NCBI RefSeq assembly: GCF_000002075.1
Contig: NW_004797712.1
Span: 593,273 to 657,253 of the forward strand
Source: Aplysia californica
Taxonomy: Eukaryota
Length of the DNA stretch: 63,981 bases
Direction: 5' to 3'
The notes below the pieces were generated by a model. That model had not been told where the DNA came from. It saw nothing but the letters and a program-made list of their open reading frames with translations, and did not search any database. This document shows positions 24,499 through 36,530 of the stretch, in pieces. How positions within the stretch are numbered: position 1 is the stretch's first letter; each line of letters begins with the position of its first letter. A program made the position numbers and the translations under genes.

Positions 24499-25592
24499 GA
24501 TATATGCGCCTGTGAAATGCTTGTGTTTATATCCTGGTTTCTGCTTTCGTGCAACTTGTGTGAGTAGTATAGGGAGAGGGGGACAATCTTGTGCAGAAAG
24601 CCATTATATTGAAACAGGTTGTTTTTTTCAGTATGTTTTAGTCATAATTATAATATACTAGCTGGGCCCCCTTTCGATGAAAGGAATGATCGGTGCTTTA
24701 ATATCAACTAAAAGTCATTGGCCTACTATATTTAAACTCTNNNNNNNNNNNNNNNNNNNNNNNNNNNNNNNNNNNNNNNNNNNNNNNNNNNNNNNNNNNN
24801 NNNNNNNNNNNNNNNNNNNNNNNNNNNNNNNNNNNNNNNNGGGGGGGGGGGTTGCTAATCTAGAGGCAAGTTGCATCTCTTTCATACCAGATCACTTGGT
24901 TTGAATTTCGGGTTTGTGAAGGTGAAGGCGTTGGAGTCAGTCGGTAGTTTTGGGTTTTTCAGACCTCTGATCTTATAGTGGTAGGTGGAATCAAGAACCT
25001 ACTTGTCTTTCTGCGCATGTCGTTGAATGATGCATCTGATGTGATATATACATTATTAATTGTTAGCTTTACTTTTTTTCATATTGAATTTTAATGAGAG
25101 TAATATATTATTTAATTTCTTTGTATTCTTGTATGTGTTTTGCAGTCCTGTACAGCCAAGAAAAATTTCCCTCTGGGACAATAAAGTATTATCTTACCTT
25201 AGCAGGCATTGCAGAAGCAGAGGCAGGGGGTGAGCAGATAGGACTCGCTGAATATTTTGCACTTCTGATGTGATTTCTCATAGCTATGTATCTTGGAAAG
25301 GGTACTGTGAGAAGAAAATTCATAGAAAGGAGGAGATGAAGATTGCTATAAAAAGTAGTTCACATACTTACACGAGATAAACCTGTCCCCTTTGTACTTT
25401 GAGAAATATTTGCAAACGGTTTGAAAAAAGAAAATGAAATTACATCTGATAAAGGTCATGGAGAACACAGATTTTAGGAAATGTGAAAGACACTTCATTA
25501 ATGTCTATTGGTTAACTTGACGACTTGTGAGGAAAAAAAGGTTTGTTTCAGAGCTGTTCAATGACTTACTTTACTTTCTTTGCTTTTTCTAG

Positions 25593-25825
25593 GTACGACC
25601 ATGTGAAAACAGCTGTTCCTTCAGCTTCAGAGCTGTCAACGACTAGTAAGAAGGCAGAAAATGAAAGGAATGTGCCACAACTACAGTCAAACATGGTCAA
25701 GCTGAAGAAAGGTGGACTGGAGCAAAGTTTGGCACATGCAAAGCACGAGCAAGAAAAAGAGTTGTTTGAAAAGAAATGGGTGGAGGCAAAAGATTTTGTC
25801 CCTGGTCAAAAATTCCATGGTTCAG
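25593..25825 (+). CDS. MKRN1: Makorin exon 3 (end of finger 2, PAM2-like motif)
   Basis: ctag|(R)YDHVK...WVEAKDFVPGQKFHGS|gtgag; YDH completes finger 2, and EAKDFVPG resembles the MKRN1 PAM2 motif. Confidence 0.9.
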
Positions 25826-26673
25826 GTGAGTTTGTGTGAATAAATTGATGTTCCTTAATCATTCGAACGTATGCCGAGATTTTTGTCTCCAGTATTGAAG
25901 TCCAGGTTGAATACTTGTTTTGCCATTTCTCTATTCCCAGGGCATATGTCAAAGTTTCTGATTGCCACCTGCTTTAGCACCATCACTGTAGGACTTTGCA
26001 ACATCTTGAGTTTGGATAATACTGTTCAAATTTTTCTTGACCCTTCTAGAATATTTTTGTTCCTCCCAGTCTGGTTTTTAACAGGATTATAATTCTGAAT
26101 TCATGAAAACAATGACGGAATTAGATGCTCTGCTTTGAAATAACAAAGTTATTTGCCTTTCATAGAGTTGAAACATCACATTTTATAAAAGAAACATGCT
26201 GCAAAATAGTTGATTGGTCCACATTTTAATATTTGACAACTTTTGGTCCATAGCGGGTATAATTTTGAATTATTTTTCAAGTTTCTGAAGATCTTATCTG
26301 CAGTCACTTTATGGTTAGATACCTGTTAACTTACGGCTGTTGGAAATGCTAAATTAAAAAATAATGCGATTTTGCAGTTTTCAAGGACACTCAAGCTTCG
26401 TAAGTTACCAGACTTTTCCGGCCATTTTCTCACTAATTTTACTTGCCTCTGACACTAGTCCAACCCACCTTCGTGAATTGCAGATATATTAAGTTATATT
26501 CAAGGTAGATGGATATTGTATTCATTAAAAACAAGGTAAATGAACAAGCTTTAAGATAAAACCAATAACTTCATTATATGCCAAAAAATATACAGGAGCT
26601 TGATTCCACACATTGGAAATGCATAACCTTTATGACCATTTTCAATGTCATGTTCCTGTTTGTCTTTTGTCAG

Positions 26674-26906
26674 TTCCAGGAAGTTATGCACAGGCAGCTC
26701 ATTCAGATGTGGATCAAGCAGTGGGAGGATTTGACCCTGGGAAACCTCCGAAGGAAGTCACAGAAGAGGACTTACTCTGCCCATACTTTGCCCATGGGCA
26801 TTGCTCGTTTGAGAACTGTGCATATCTGCATGGCGAAGTCTGTGATATGTGTGGCTTGCCTCGATTGCATCCGACTAATAAAGATCTCCGAGAGTCACAT
26901 CAAAAG
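26674..26906 (+). CDS. MKRN1: Makorin exon 4 (CCCH finger 3, start of makorin Cys-His motif)
   Basis: LLCPYFAHGHCSFENCAYLHGEVCDMCGLPRLHP...HQK|gtagg; an alternative in-frame acceptor lies 6 nt downstream. Confidence 0.92.
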
Positions 26907-27644
26907 GTAGGTATCAAACCTGTGCATTATTTAGTGGCGTTTGAATATTGTTTAATAGCTGTTCATTAAAAGTTTGAAAGTGGGTTTTACATTTTAGTAT
27001 GAGTTCATTATATTTTTGTCGATTTTGTTTCATGAGTTAATTACCTGTCTGGTAATTTGTTGTTTTGTGATGTTAACACAGTGTTCCTTCACAAGCTCTA
27101 TTTCTGTTGCTTATCCCTCATTGAGTCGCTTCATAGTCTGCACAAAGTCAAAAATGTGGTAGTGTCTATCATGTTCCCATAATTCATTTCCTGTTAAAAC
27201 TTTTCGTGTATTTTTTCAATTTGTATGTGTTCTTGAAAATGATGAAGTTTGTTGTTGATGTTGTGTTTTGGTGAAGAAGCTCTTTTCCTGTATTAATTTT
27301 AATTCCTGCTTGAGGCAAGCCTCATTACTTTTCTGTATGATCTGCTAATGAGCGCTATTCCTGGCTCTTCCAGGTAAAAGGTTACATGCATTGGAAAAAT
27401 GCTTTATCCTATCATCGTATTCACTCTGCTTAAACTAAACATTTGGATATCTGTGAATGTAGAATCTATTAAAATTAATGAATGAAGCTCCTAACAAGCA
27501 GTACTGTATGCTCCAGGGTAATGGGGGGAGATAAATTGGAATGAATTGGCTTGTCAAGGAAGTAACTGAAGTCTTTTGAGGTTTTATTCTGGTGGGTGCA
27601 AGACTATTATATTTTAGCACTTTACTAAACGTCTTTCCTCTCAG

Positions 27645-27871
27645 GAATGTCTAGAAGAGCACAGGAAAGAGATGGAGCTTGCGTTTCTCATGAAAGACAG
27701 CAGTGAGAAAGAATGTGGTATCTGTTTAGAGGTCACCACGGAGAAAGTAGGAGAGAACGGGGCCCCAGTGGATCGTCGTTTTGGTCTATTGGAGAACTGT
27801 GCCCACTGTTTCTGCTTGACATGTATCAAGGAGTGGAGGAAGGAGAGGTATGCAGAGAAAGAAACCCACAG
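27645..27871 (+). CDS. MKRN1: Makorin exon 5 (RING, N-terminal part)
   Basis: tcag|ECLEEHRKEMELAF...CGICLE...RRFGLLENCAHCFCLTCIKEWR...|gtgag; typical makorin C3HC4 RING. Confidence 0.95.
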
Positions 27872-27879
27872 GTGAGAGG

Positions 27880-28227
27880 ATAATAATAATTGCATTTATT
27901 TAAGTAGCGCATACCCACGCTCTGCAGCATACTCTCTATGTGCTTACAAGTATCATTGCCCCAGTAGACCCTAGAACACACAGAATCATTCTCGGCTTCC
28001 CGTGTAGCATACGCCATACAGTACAAGCAGTGGATTTCACATTCTCAAACACTTAAACAAACTGACAAGATCTTTCACTGTTTCCGATAGGGTACCCTTT
28101 TCCACTTGGGTGAAGTGTGGAAAGTTTGTGTAAAGTGCCCTTCCCAAGGACACAATCCCCTGGTGGGATTCGAATCCACGATCTTACGGTTGCAAGGCTT
28201 AGACCCTAACCATTAGGCCACTGACGT
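27880..28227 (-). mobile_element. CORE-type SINE (family E), representative copy
   Basis: tRNA head plus GTGTCCTTGGGAAGGGCACTTTAC...CACCCAAGTGGAAAAGGGTACC CORE-like domain; related copies at 34180-34525 (-), 34625-34765 (+) and 47005-47180 (+). Confidence 0.7.
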
Positions 28228-28636
28228 CACATAAAAGACACGTCTTTGATGTATGGTCTTCCTCGTTTTAGGCCACACGAAAAGAAAAAAAGGTTTTCTA
28301 ATATTTTCCTAGGTTTTGAAAAGCTTGCATACAAGAAGCCATATGAGTTGCATTTTGTTACATGAGTTTGGCAACTGGAATCTGGGCGATGTGATTGCTG
28401 CCAAAGCTGTGTGTGTATTAGGAATGAAAAGTTTATTTCTCTCAACAGTACAACGAATATTTTCCTTTCAGTTATTGTGAAATTTCAACGTATGATGGAG
28501 TCTTACTCTGAGCAATCGATATGTTTACTAAATGAATTGCTCAAAATTTAGCTTTTTCTTTGTCTTCGCATGCATAAATCACATTTGGGATGGCCAAGAC
28601 ATCAAATCTTCATTTCCTCAACCTTTTCTCCCCCAG

Positions 28637-28747
28637 ATCCTGTCCCATTTGTCGTACTCATTCAAACTTTGTCACTCCAAGTGAGTTCTGGGTAGACTCT
28701 GAAGAAAAGAAGAAGGAGCTCATTGCAGACTACCTAGCCGAAATAAG
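28637..28747 (+). CDS. MKRN1: Makorin exon 6 (RING, C-terminal part)
   Basis: ccag|(R)SCPICRTHSNFVTPSEFWVDSEEKKKELIADYLAEI|gtgag. Confidence 0.93.
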
Positions 28748-30297
28748 GTGAGAGTTTGGATTTCTCTATTCCCCGGAATGAAGGGGTTTTGGTGTCAGGG
28801 GAGCGTGTGTTTTAGAGTTACTGACTTTTGTATGGAGGTGATAGTTGCTGCCTTGAAAGGGTCAGGTGTTAAGAATAGTCCATAGTCCCACCAAAATGGG
28901 GTGCTATTTTTCCACACATGCTCTCTAGTTTGATAGTGACTCCCTATCTCTGTAGGCCTACTTGCTCTGTCTTCTGTCCATGTCTCTAACATGGTGATCT
29001 CTTGATTGAAGGCCCGGGCCAGTGAGGGAAAAAAAATAGAATCGGAACTACCCTCAGTGTGAGACCTGCTTTTAAAATACACTTGAAATTTGCTATCTCA
29101 GAATTACAAAGTTCTGCCTGCACAGTACCTAGTTTTGAGAAATTTGACGTAAAATAATGTTGAGCTTCAAAATATGTCAAGCTTATTCTAATACGATTCT
29201 TTGAATATCTTGATAACGAATCCGAATAATCTTACGATTTTGATAGAGCAGATAGAAAGAACAGCTGATTTCTGACCTCGTGGTCTCAGTTATTCAAAAT
29301 GACCAAAAATGTCAGATAGAACTTTGTAATTCTGATGTATCGAAATGTCTAAGACAGTCACCATTGTCAAGAAAAAGGCTGTCTTACTCTTACACGGTGA
29401 CGTTATAATGTAAAACAGCAATATGGGTTTGTACAGGTAGTCGTTAAAGCAGGTTTGACTGTAGATTTTATATATCTGGCAGATCGTTCAACCCAGGCAA
29501 AGAGAAACATCTCAAAGTTGTGTGACTGTTAGGGTGTGGTTCTACTGAGCTCATTTGATTGCCACTACTCCTTCCCTCAGAGAAAAACTGTGATGAATAT
29601 GGTGCTGCCTCAAGAAAACAGCGTCCTGCTGTACCATGATGATCTTATTTGCCGCTGATAACAGACAGGCTGTTTTGTGATGTGGCTTTCCCTGTGTTTC
29701 TCTGTTCATGTCAAAGGCCTGTCTCTCTGTCTGGTTTTTTTTCTTGTCATATTCTGATCTTGCAGACAGGGTGTGTTTGGTAAAGCGTACACCCTTTAGT
29801 GGCTGACAGGTGCTCGGAGTGGTTTGTTTCTTCTGTCCTATCAAACATCTATCTCTCCTCCCTTTTAAAAATATTTTTGTTGTTGTTGTTGTTGGGTTTT
29901 TAAAAAAAATTCTCTAACACCTTTAATCTTTCGTATTTATTTAACCTATTTGTATAGCAAGTGTCGTAAAACTCTTATTGAAACAAAATAAGTGACTCCC
30001 CAACCATGATATGAAACGTGTTATCAATATTTTTAGAAGAAAAAAAATTGCATGACTAGTTTCAGTATTGTTGTGCTTGGAATTCTGTTCTGACTTAAGG
30101 GTTGATAATTGATATTGTACAATTATGTGCTCAAAGGCAAGGGTGGTTTTTACCCTCATTTTCACTTCATTATTCGTGCATTGATTACCTTTCTCCTGGT
30201 TATATGACTTTGATAAGTTTGGTAAAGTTTGTTGTGTGGGTGGCAGGAGAAAGCCACTGGGTTGCTTTATCTTTTGAAATCTTCTATGTGCTGTTTG

Positions 30298-30428
30298 TGA
30301 GTGTTTTTCCTTGCATTTTCCTGGTAGTTGATGACTTATTGTGTCGGTGTACTTCTCGTTACTGAGTATTTTTCCTTGCATTTTCCTGGTAGTTGATGAC
30401 TTATTGTGTCGGTGTACTTCTCATTACT
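30298..30428. repeat. Tandem duplication, about 65-bp unit x2
   Basis: TTTTTCCTTGCATTTTCCTGGTAGTTGATGACTTATTGTGTCGGTGTACTTCTC occurs twice. Confidence 0.85.
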
Positions 30429-30526
30429 CATACTCAAATGTAACATACACTTTCAAACTTTTAATGAAGAAAGAGAAATTAACACATTTATTTTAATTGG
30501 ATTCTGAAAGTTTTTCCTCTTTACAG

Positions 30527-30866
30527 CAAAAAGCCGTGCCAGTATTTCAAGCAAGGTAAAGGAGAGTGCCCTTTCTACGACAAATGTTTCTACTTACACG
30601 CTTTGCCGGATGGGTCCATAGCTCCGCCACAGGCCAGGCCGAAAAGACGGAGACGAGTGGATGCGGATGGGGAAGACCATGTGGAAGAATACAGTTTGTG
30701 GGACTTTTTTGCGTCTCGTGATGATGACTCTCTGATCTCGTTGGACGATGAGCTGTCTCTGATATTGTTGGATGTTCTTCACTCGGATGACGAAGAGGAG
30801 AGGTTTGGAGTGCGATTCAACCTTGAGAACGGCGACTTTGTCTTCACTGACTCTGACTCTGATTAA
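30527..30866 (+). CDS. MKRN1: Makorin exon 7 (CCCH finger 4 and acidic tail)
   Basis: tacag|(S)KKPCQYFKQGKGECPFYDKCFYLHALPDG...DSDSD*. The seven exons sum to 1341 nt = 446 aa plus stop with all phases consistent. MKRN1 vs MKRN2 orthology is not resolved. Confidence 0.93.
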
Positions 30867-33800
30867 TCTAGTAGTGGAATGAAGTGTGACCGTGTCTGCT
30901 GCACAAATGGACATAAGTGGGAGAGTGTTTTTTGCTGGTTGAAATGGAAGCTTGAATGTAATAGAGAGAATGTATGAATGTGTACAGACATAGGTATGGA
31001 AGGTGGTTGCTAAAATGTATTTCCATGAAAAATGTTTCTTCTATAAAAGGAAAGATTAGTTTCTTTTTTTCTTTTTTTTTTTCTCCTCTAAACACGGTAT
31101 TTTTTGTTTGGTCTTTAATTTCATCCCCCCCCCCCCCCGAGTATATGCAATACTTATGATGCATGGACTTTTGGGGTATCTTTTTAATGCTTTAATAATA
31201 TTGTAGAGCTTACTTTGATGTGTGATAGTCCTCGTTTTCTGGTATGGTCTCAGGGTATGTGTCATTTGTAGTAAAACTACTAATACCTACCTTGGGCTTC
31301 TTTTTTGGGGAAACACCATTCATTTTCTTCCTGCATATTTTCATACCCCTGTTGTAAATATTGTTTAAAAATGAAACTAGAGGTCCAGTCACATCTTGTG
31401 CATACAGCTGAATGGGTGTTTACTTGCATCCTGATATAGTGATGCAGACAGACTTTTGTGTTGCATGCTAAGTACAATTACTTTAGTAAGAGTTTTATGG
31501 CACTTGCAACACAATAAGGTCATATAAGTGCTGAAGATTACAAGTGTTACAAGAGAGTAACAAGCATTAAAAAAGAGGAGGAGAGATAAGGACTGTAGGT
31601 TTGGCAGAAAAGAAGGAGCAAATCACACTAGAGTATCTGCCAATCACCCACTAATTACTTTCCTCCTTAAAAAGAGGATCATCTGAGATCACCTTCAGTC
31701 ATGGAACCAGAACCAAAGGTGGGCACCTTGTGCAGGTGTTACAGTACTTTCAACCATCTGTTCTAAGGCTAGCAAAAGGTGCAAGCTTCTTGCCAGAGCA
31801 TAAGTGTTCTTTAAGGACCCGTTGGACTTCAGAATAATTTTTCTTTAATAGGTTTTTTAGGCTTGATTCTAACTTTCATATTATGTAAACTACTTTGCCG
31901 TGCAGTGGACAATATTCAAGGTGTTGACGGTTTTTATCATTTGAAGTAATTCCATAATTGTACTTTCTAATAAAATGAAGAGGATCAATTATTTTTAAGG
32001 CGATTTAAAAAAAGTTTAAGTGACATTTATTGTATTTGTATGCTTGCCTTTCCTCCATTTTATCTGATTTTTTTTGCTTAGTACATGTATTTCGAGTTAA
32101 CTTAATGCTTGTCTCAGAGTGATAAAAGTAATTATTGTACGTGATATCTAGCCTGGTCTGAAAATTACACAATTCTCTTACTACTGAAAACCCCATAGAT
32201 TTCTGCAGAGAAAGGTCTTTTGCATAAATATTCATACACTTGAGAAATGTAGTTGACCTACTTTAGTTAAATCTTCTGTCTAAATTTATTTGCGTCTGTT
32301 CTCCGACTTTGTGTTACTTACATTTATAGAGAAATATATTTCAGCACAGTAGTGGGTGTATTTGTGCTTTGAGAAGGATGGACAGAATTTAAAAACGAGC
32401 AAAAAAGTAGTGGATACTGAAGATATGGGAGCTTCACAACAGCGCCCCACCCCCCATCTTTGATCTTTGACTGGAAGTACACGCCCATTAATTTGGCACT
32501 ACCCACCTTCTTTCTCGCCGTTTGTCTTTCCAGGGGGTGTCAGTGTCTTGAATTTGAGGCTGTTGCCACAGGGAAAAGTATTGTTGTTTTAATTAATAGC
32601 CTCTCTCTATATATATATATTTAATTGCACATAAAGTGTTTGATACATTTGTTGTTGTTGTTGTTGCTGTTTTTACTTTTATTAAGTAATTCATTCCTCC
32701 TAATTTATTTATGATATTCTTCAATGATTTGGTTTTTGAGTACCTTACTGGCGTCTGTGATGTAGCAGTTAGGCGCTTCACTGTTGCATGCAGGAGATCT
32801 GGTTTTGATTCCTGAGTGGGGTCAATTTTTGTCAAGTATGTCGGGTCTTTCTGCTGGGATGTTGTATCTCTCCCCCCACCAGGTTGGCCCTTATAGGCAG
32901 GGTCAGAAGCCCACTTCCTAAGGGATCTAAATTGTGTCAATGGGTTCGTAAAAATACCTACATTGAAAAGAAGAAAAAGTTGATTTTGCTTGGTAAAAAT
33001 TGTGTGAGAAAATAAATATATGTTAATAAAGAATGACTTTGTAAAAGCCAGTTTTTTGTCATGTTGTAGTAAAGTGTATATTATATTTCTGTTTCCACTT
33101 TGAGATCATTTGAAGCAAAGTTCAATATCAAATCTGGTAAAATGCAATTATGTAGTTTGCACAACAATTTGTCTTAACACTGTTGTTGATATTTCTGATT
33201 TTCTACAGTGTGTAGTCACAAATAAAAAAAGGCAGCTATCGTTATTTCATTTGGATTGCTCATAAGACAGCATAAGATAAGTCTTTATTTGTCTAGATTC
33301 TGGCACACTGGTTTGGTGTTTCACCACGTGCACACACATACACACTCTTTCACACATCCTCTCCTCCACACATATCTGTACACATAAACATAGTATAGTA
33401 ATATAATAGTATACTTGCACTCACAAGCAAACTCATAATCATGACTTGCATGATGTAAAGGAATAATAATGATAACAATGATAGTCTTCAGCTAGATACA
33501 TAATCAGTATTCTGATTGTGACCCAATTATAATCTGATATTTCATGCTTTAAAATTAAAGGCCATAGGAATACTTATATTATGAGATGATTATGATGGTA
33601 GGAGTAAAACTAAACTAATATAATCCAATTGGAGGTTGAGAAAAGAGATCATGCAGGATTGATCTTGATCTCTCTAGTTTGTATTATAGTGATGATTGGT
33701 ATCTAACTGGATGTAAATGTAATTCAGATTATATTCAAGATGGAACACTTGTATTTGTATCCTCCATTAAGAAACCTAGTTCGGAATAACATTCTTGCAA

Positions 33801-35280
33801 GGGATAGTATAGTACGTTTTTTTTCTTTCTCGTAGAGCCAACGAGCCTTCTTCCACAAGCAAAGTAGTTAACTCTTTCAGTCTTGAAATCTGGTTTGGTT
33901 TGCTCCTTTTTCTTTTCTATCAAACATTTGTCATCCTTCCTTATCTCTTCTCCTTTTTTTGTGTTTGTTACTCTCTTGTAACACCTATTCTTCGGTACTT
34001 ATATTATTGTGACTTAATTGTGTTGCAAGTGCTGTAAAACTCTTACTAAAACAAAAGCGATGGGTAAATTATGATGGACATCTGTATTTAGCACACATGT
34101 TTTCTCAAGATAACAAAAATGACATGGGCAATAGTGACGATATGTGGAAATTAAATTTGTCTTTATGTTGTGATAAATAAAAAAAAGTAGCATTTAAATA
34201 GCCTAAAGTCCAACTCAGCAGCAAGCACTATGAGCTTTACAATCTATATTATTACCCCTGCAGATCTGATATCATTCTGAAACAATCTCAACTTCCTGCA
34301 AAGCGTACAGTGCAAGGTGCCAAAACACTAACAAACTGACAAGATCTTTTGCTGTCTATAGCCGGGTACTCTTTCCCACCTTGGTGATGTGAGCAAAATT
34401 TGTGTAACGTGCATTTCCCAAGGACACAACTTTAGGCCCCTGACGAGATTAGAACCAATGGTCTTACAACATACATTTGCGAGTTCGAGAGCCTAACTAC
34501 TTAAAGGAATATAGGCCACCAGCACCACATGTAGACATTGTCCACAATAGGAGCCACTGAGTGACCATAATAGTAGGCTTGGTTGACCTCACGGCTGAAG
34601 GTGGGGGTCTTGAAAAGATATCAGTCATTGGTGGTCTAGTGGTTAGGCTGCTACCAAAAGGTCATCGGTTTGAATCCCGCCAGGGACACGGTTTTGTGTC
34701 CTTGGGAAAAGCACTTTACCAAAATTTTCCTCATTTTACCCAGGTGGAAATGGCTACCTGGCTATTGTTATTCTGTTGTTTTAGTTTTGTATCGTAGTAG
34801 CTTCAAAAAAGATTTATTTTGGGTTGGGTTTTTTTTTTAAATTTTATTTCAGTGCATATGAATGATTTTCTGGGATGCGTGAGTATGTCGAGGTTTTAAT
34901 TTTCAACTTCAAGATGGGACATCACCATTGACTCTGTTAGTATCCCTACAAGACTCTGGTTCGAGTTTTGTACTTTCCTTATAATTCAAAAGTACATGAC
35001 ATGTATTTTGTTTGGCTCAGCCCTATCTAAGAATGATGTTGAATCACAGGTTTGGCATCTCTGTTGGAAATCATCAATTTTAATATTATGGAACTTGGCA
35101 TTTTTGTATGACAAAAGTGAATGACGTGTCACATGATCCAGTAAATACAAATCTTGTAACTGCTATGTGAACTTTCTGTTGTTGTTATTTTATTTTTTCT
35201 AGAAAGTATTTTTTGAATATCTTTCTCTTTCTATCTTGCTCTGTTGTTCTCTCTCTCTCTTTCTCTCCCTCTCTCTCTGT

Positions 35281-35460
35281 GTGGGTGGTTGGCGGGTGCT
35301 CTGGTGTGGTTTGCTTCTTCTTTCCTATCAAACATCTATCGTCCTTATCTCCCCTTTTTCTTTTTTATGTTTGTTACTCTCTTGTAACACCTCTAATCTT
35401 CTGGCACTCAATGACGTTATACAGTTGCGAGCGCCGTAAAACTCAAACTCAAACTCAAAC
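35281..35460 (+). mobile_element. Short retroposon family B (about 180 bp, no tRNA head), representative copy
   Basis: GTGGGTGGTTGGCGGGTGCTCTGGTGTGGTTTGC... Other copies at about 8768, 21845, 29799, 33888, 36054, 40762, 54842, 56580, 56761 and 58353 (+), and 31483-31652 and 58698-58830 (-). Confidence 0.8.
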
Positions 35461-36344
35461 TCTCTGTCTGTCTGTCTGTCTGTCAAAGTATATCTCCACT
35501 TGCAGATATTCAAATCAATGGATGGGTAGCGAATGTCACTAGTAGGTCCTTTTTAAAATTGTCACCCCACTGTATCTGTCTGTCTCTCATACTTTAACTC
35601 AAGTCAGTGCAAATCAGTCCACTGGTGGTTGGAGAGCGCCACTGGTAGGTCCTGTTTCTTTTCTTTCCCTCTGTTGTATCTGACTATATTTTATCTTGCT
35701 TCTTTCCTGCTTTATACTATGGCCGTTATTGCGTTGATGTGCTTCTCTTTAATTTAACAAACGCTGATCAGTCTCCACTTTTTCACCAGTGTCTGTGGTA
35801 TAGTAGTAGTAGTCAGGCTTATTTCGCCTTCCTGCATGCTGAAGAGTTTTATTCCTCTGTAGGGAAGATGATATTTCCTTCATTGTCTCTGTCATTATGG
35901 CAGACTACTTGAGCTGGCCTGATAGACAAGGCTCAAGCAGCCTACCTCTTAGTTTTAAATGATAGAAAAATTATACTGATGGAGGCGTGTAAATTTTACG
36001 ATCATTTAGCTCCTTTTGTAGTAGCCTAACAAGTCTGCCAGAAGTAATTGAGTGTGGGTGGTTGGCGGGTGCTCTAGGGGGGGGTTGCTCCTTCTTTCCT
36101 ATTAAACATCTCTCATCCTTATCTCTCCTCCTTTTTTGTGTTTGTTACTCTCTTGAAACCTGCTTCTAATCGTCGGCATTTATATGATCTAATTGTGTTG
36201 CAAGTGCCGTAAAACACTTACAAAACGTGAAACAAAGAAGTTGATCCAGCTTTGAAGAAGCCCACATCTCCTTAAATTGTCGCCCCCGTGCATTCAGCTT
36301 AAATCTTTCTAAAAAGAAAACGAAATGTTGGAGACTGTCTACAT

Positions 36345-36530
36345 CTGTCCCCGTTGTTTTATGCAAGAAAAAAAATTCTGAAATTATGCAAACTGAGTCC
36401 AAAAATGTGAAATTATGCGATGTTGTTAGTTAATATTAACAAAGAATGATAAAGGAAAATAATCCGAAATTTTGCAAAAAATGATCAAATTTTGCTAAAT
36501 TATGCGGGGTGCATAAAACCACGGGGACAG
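36345..36530. mobile_element. About 185-bp MITE (second copy 51010-51188)
   Basis: TIR CTGTCCCCGTNGTTTTATGC / GCATAAAACCACGGGGACAG, internal AAATTATGC repeats; two closely similar copies. Confidence 0.75.
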
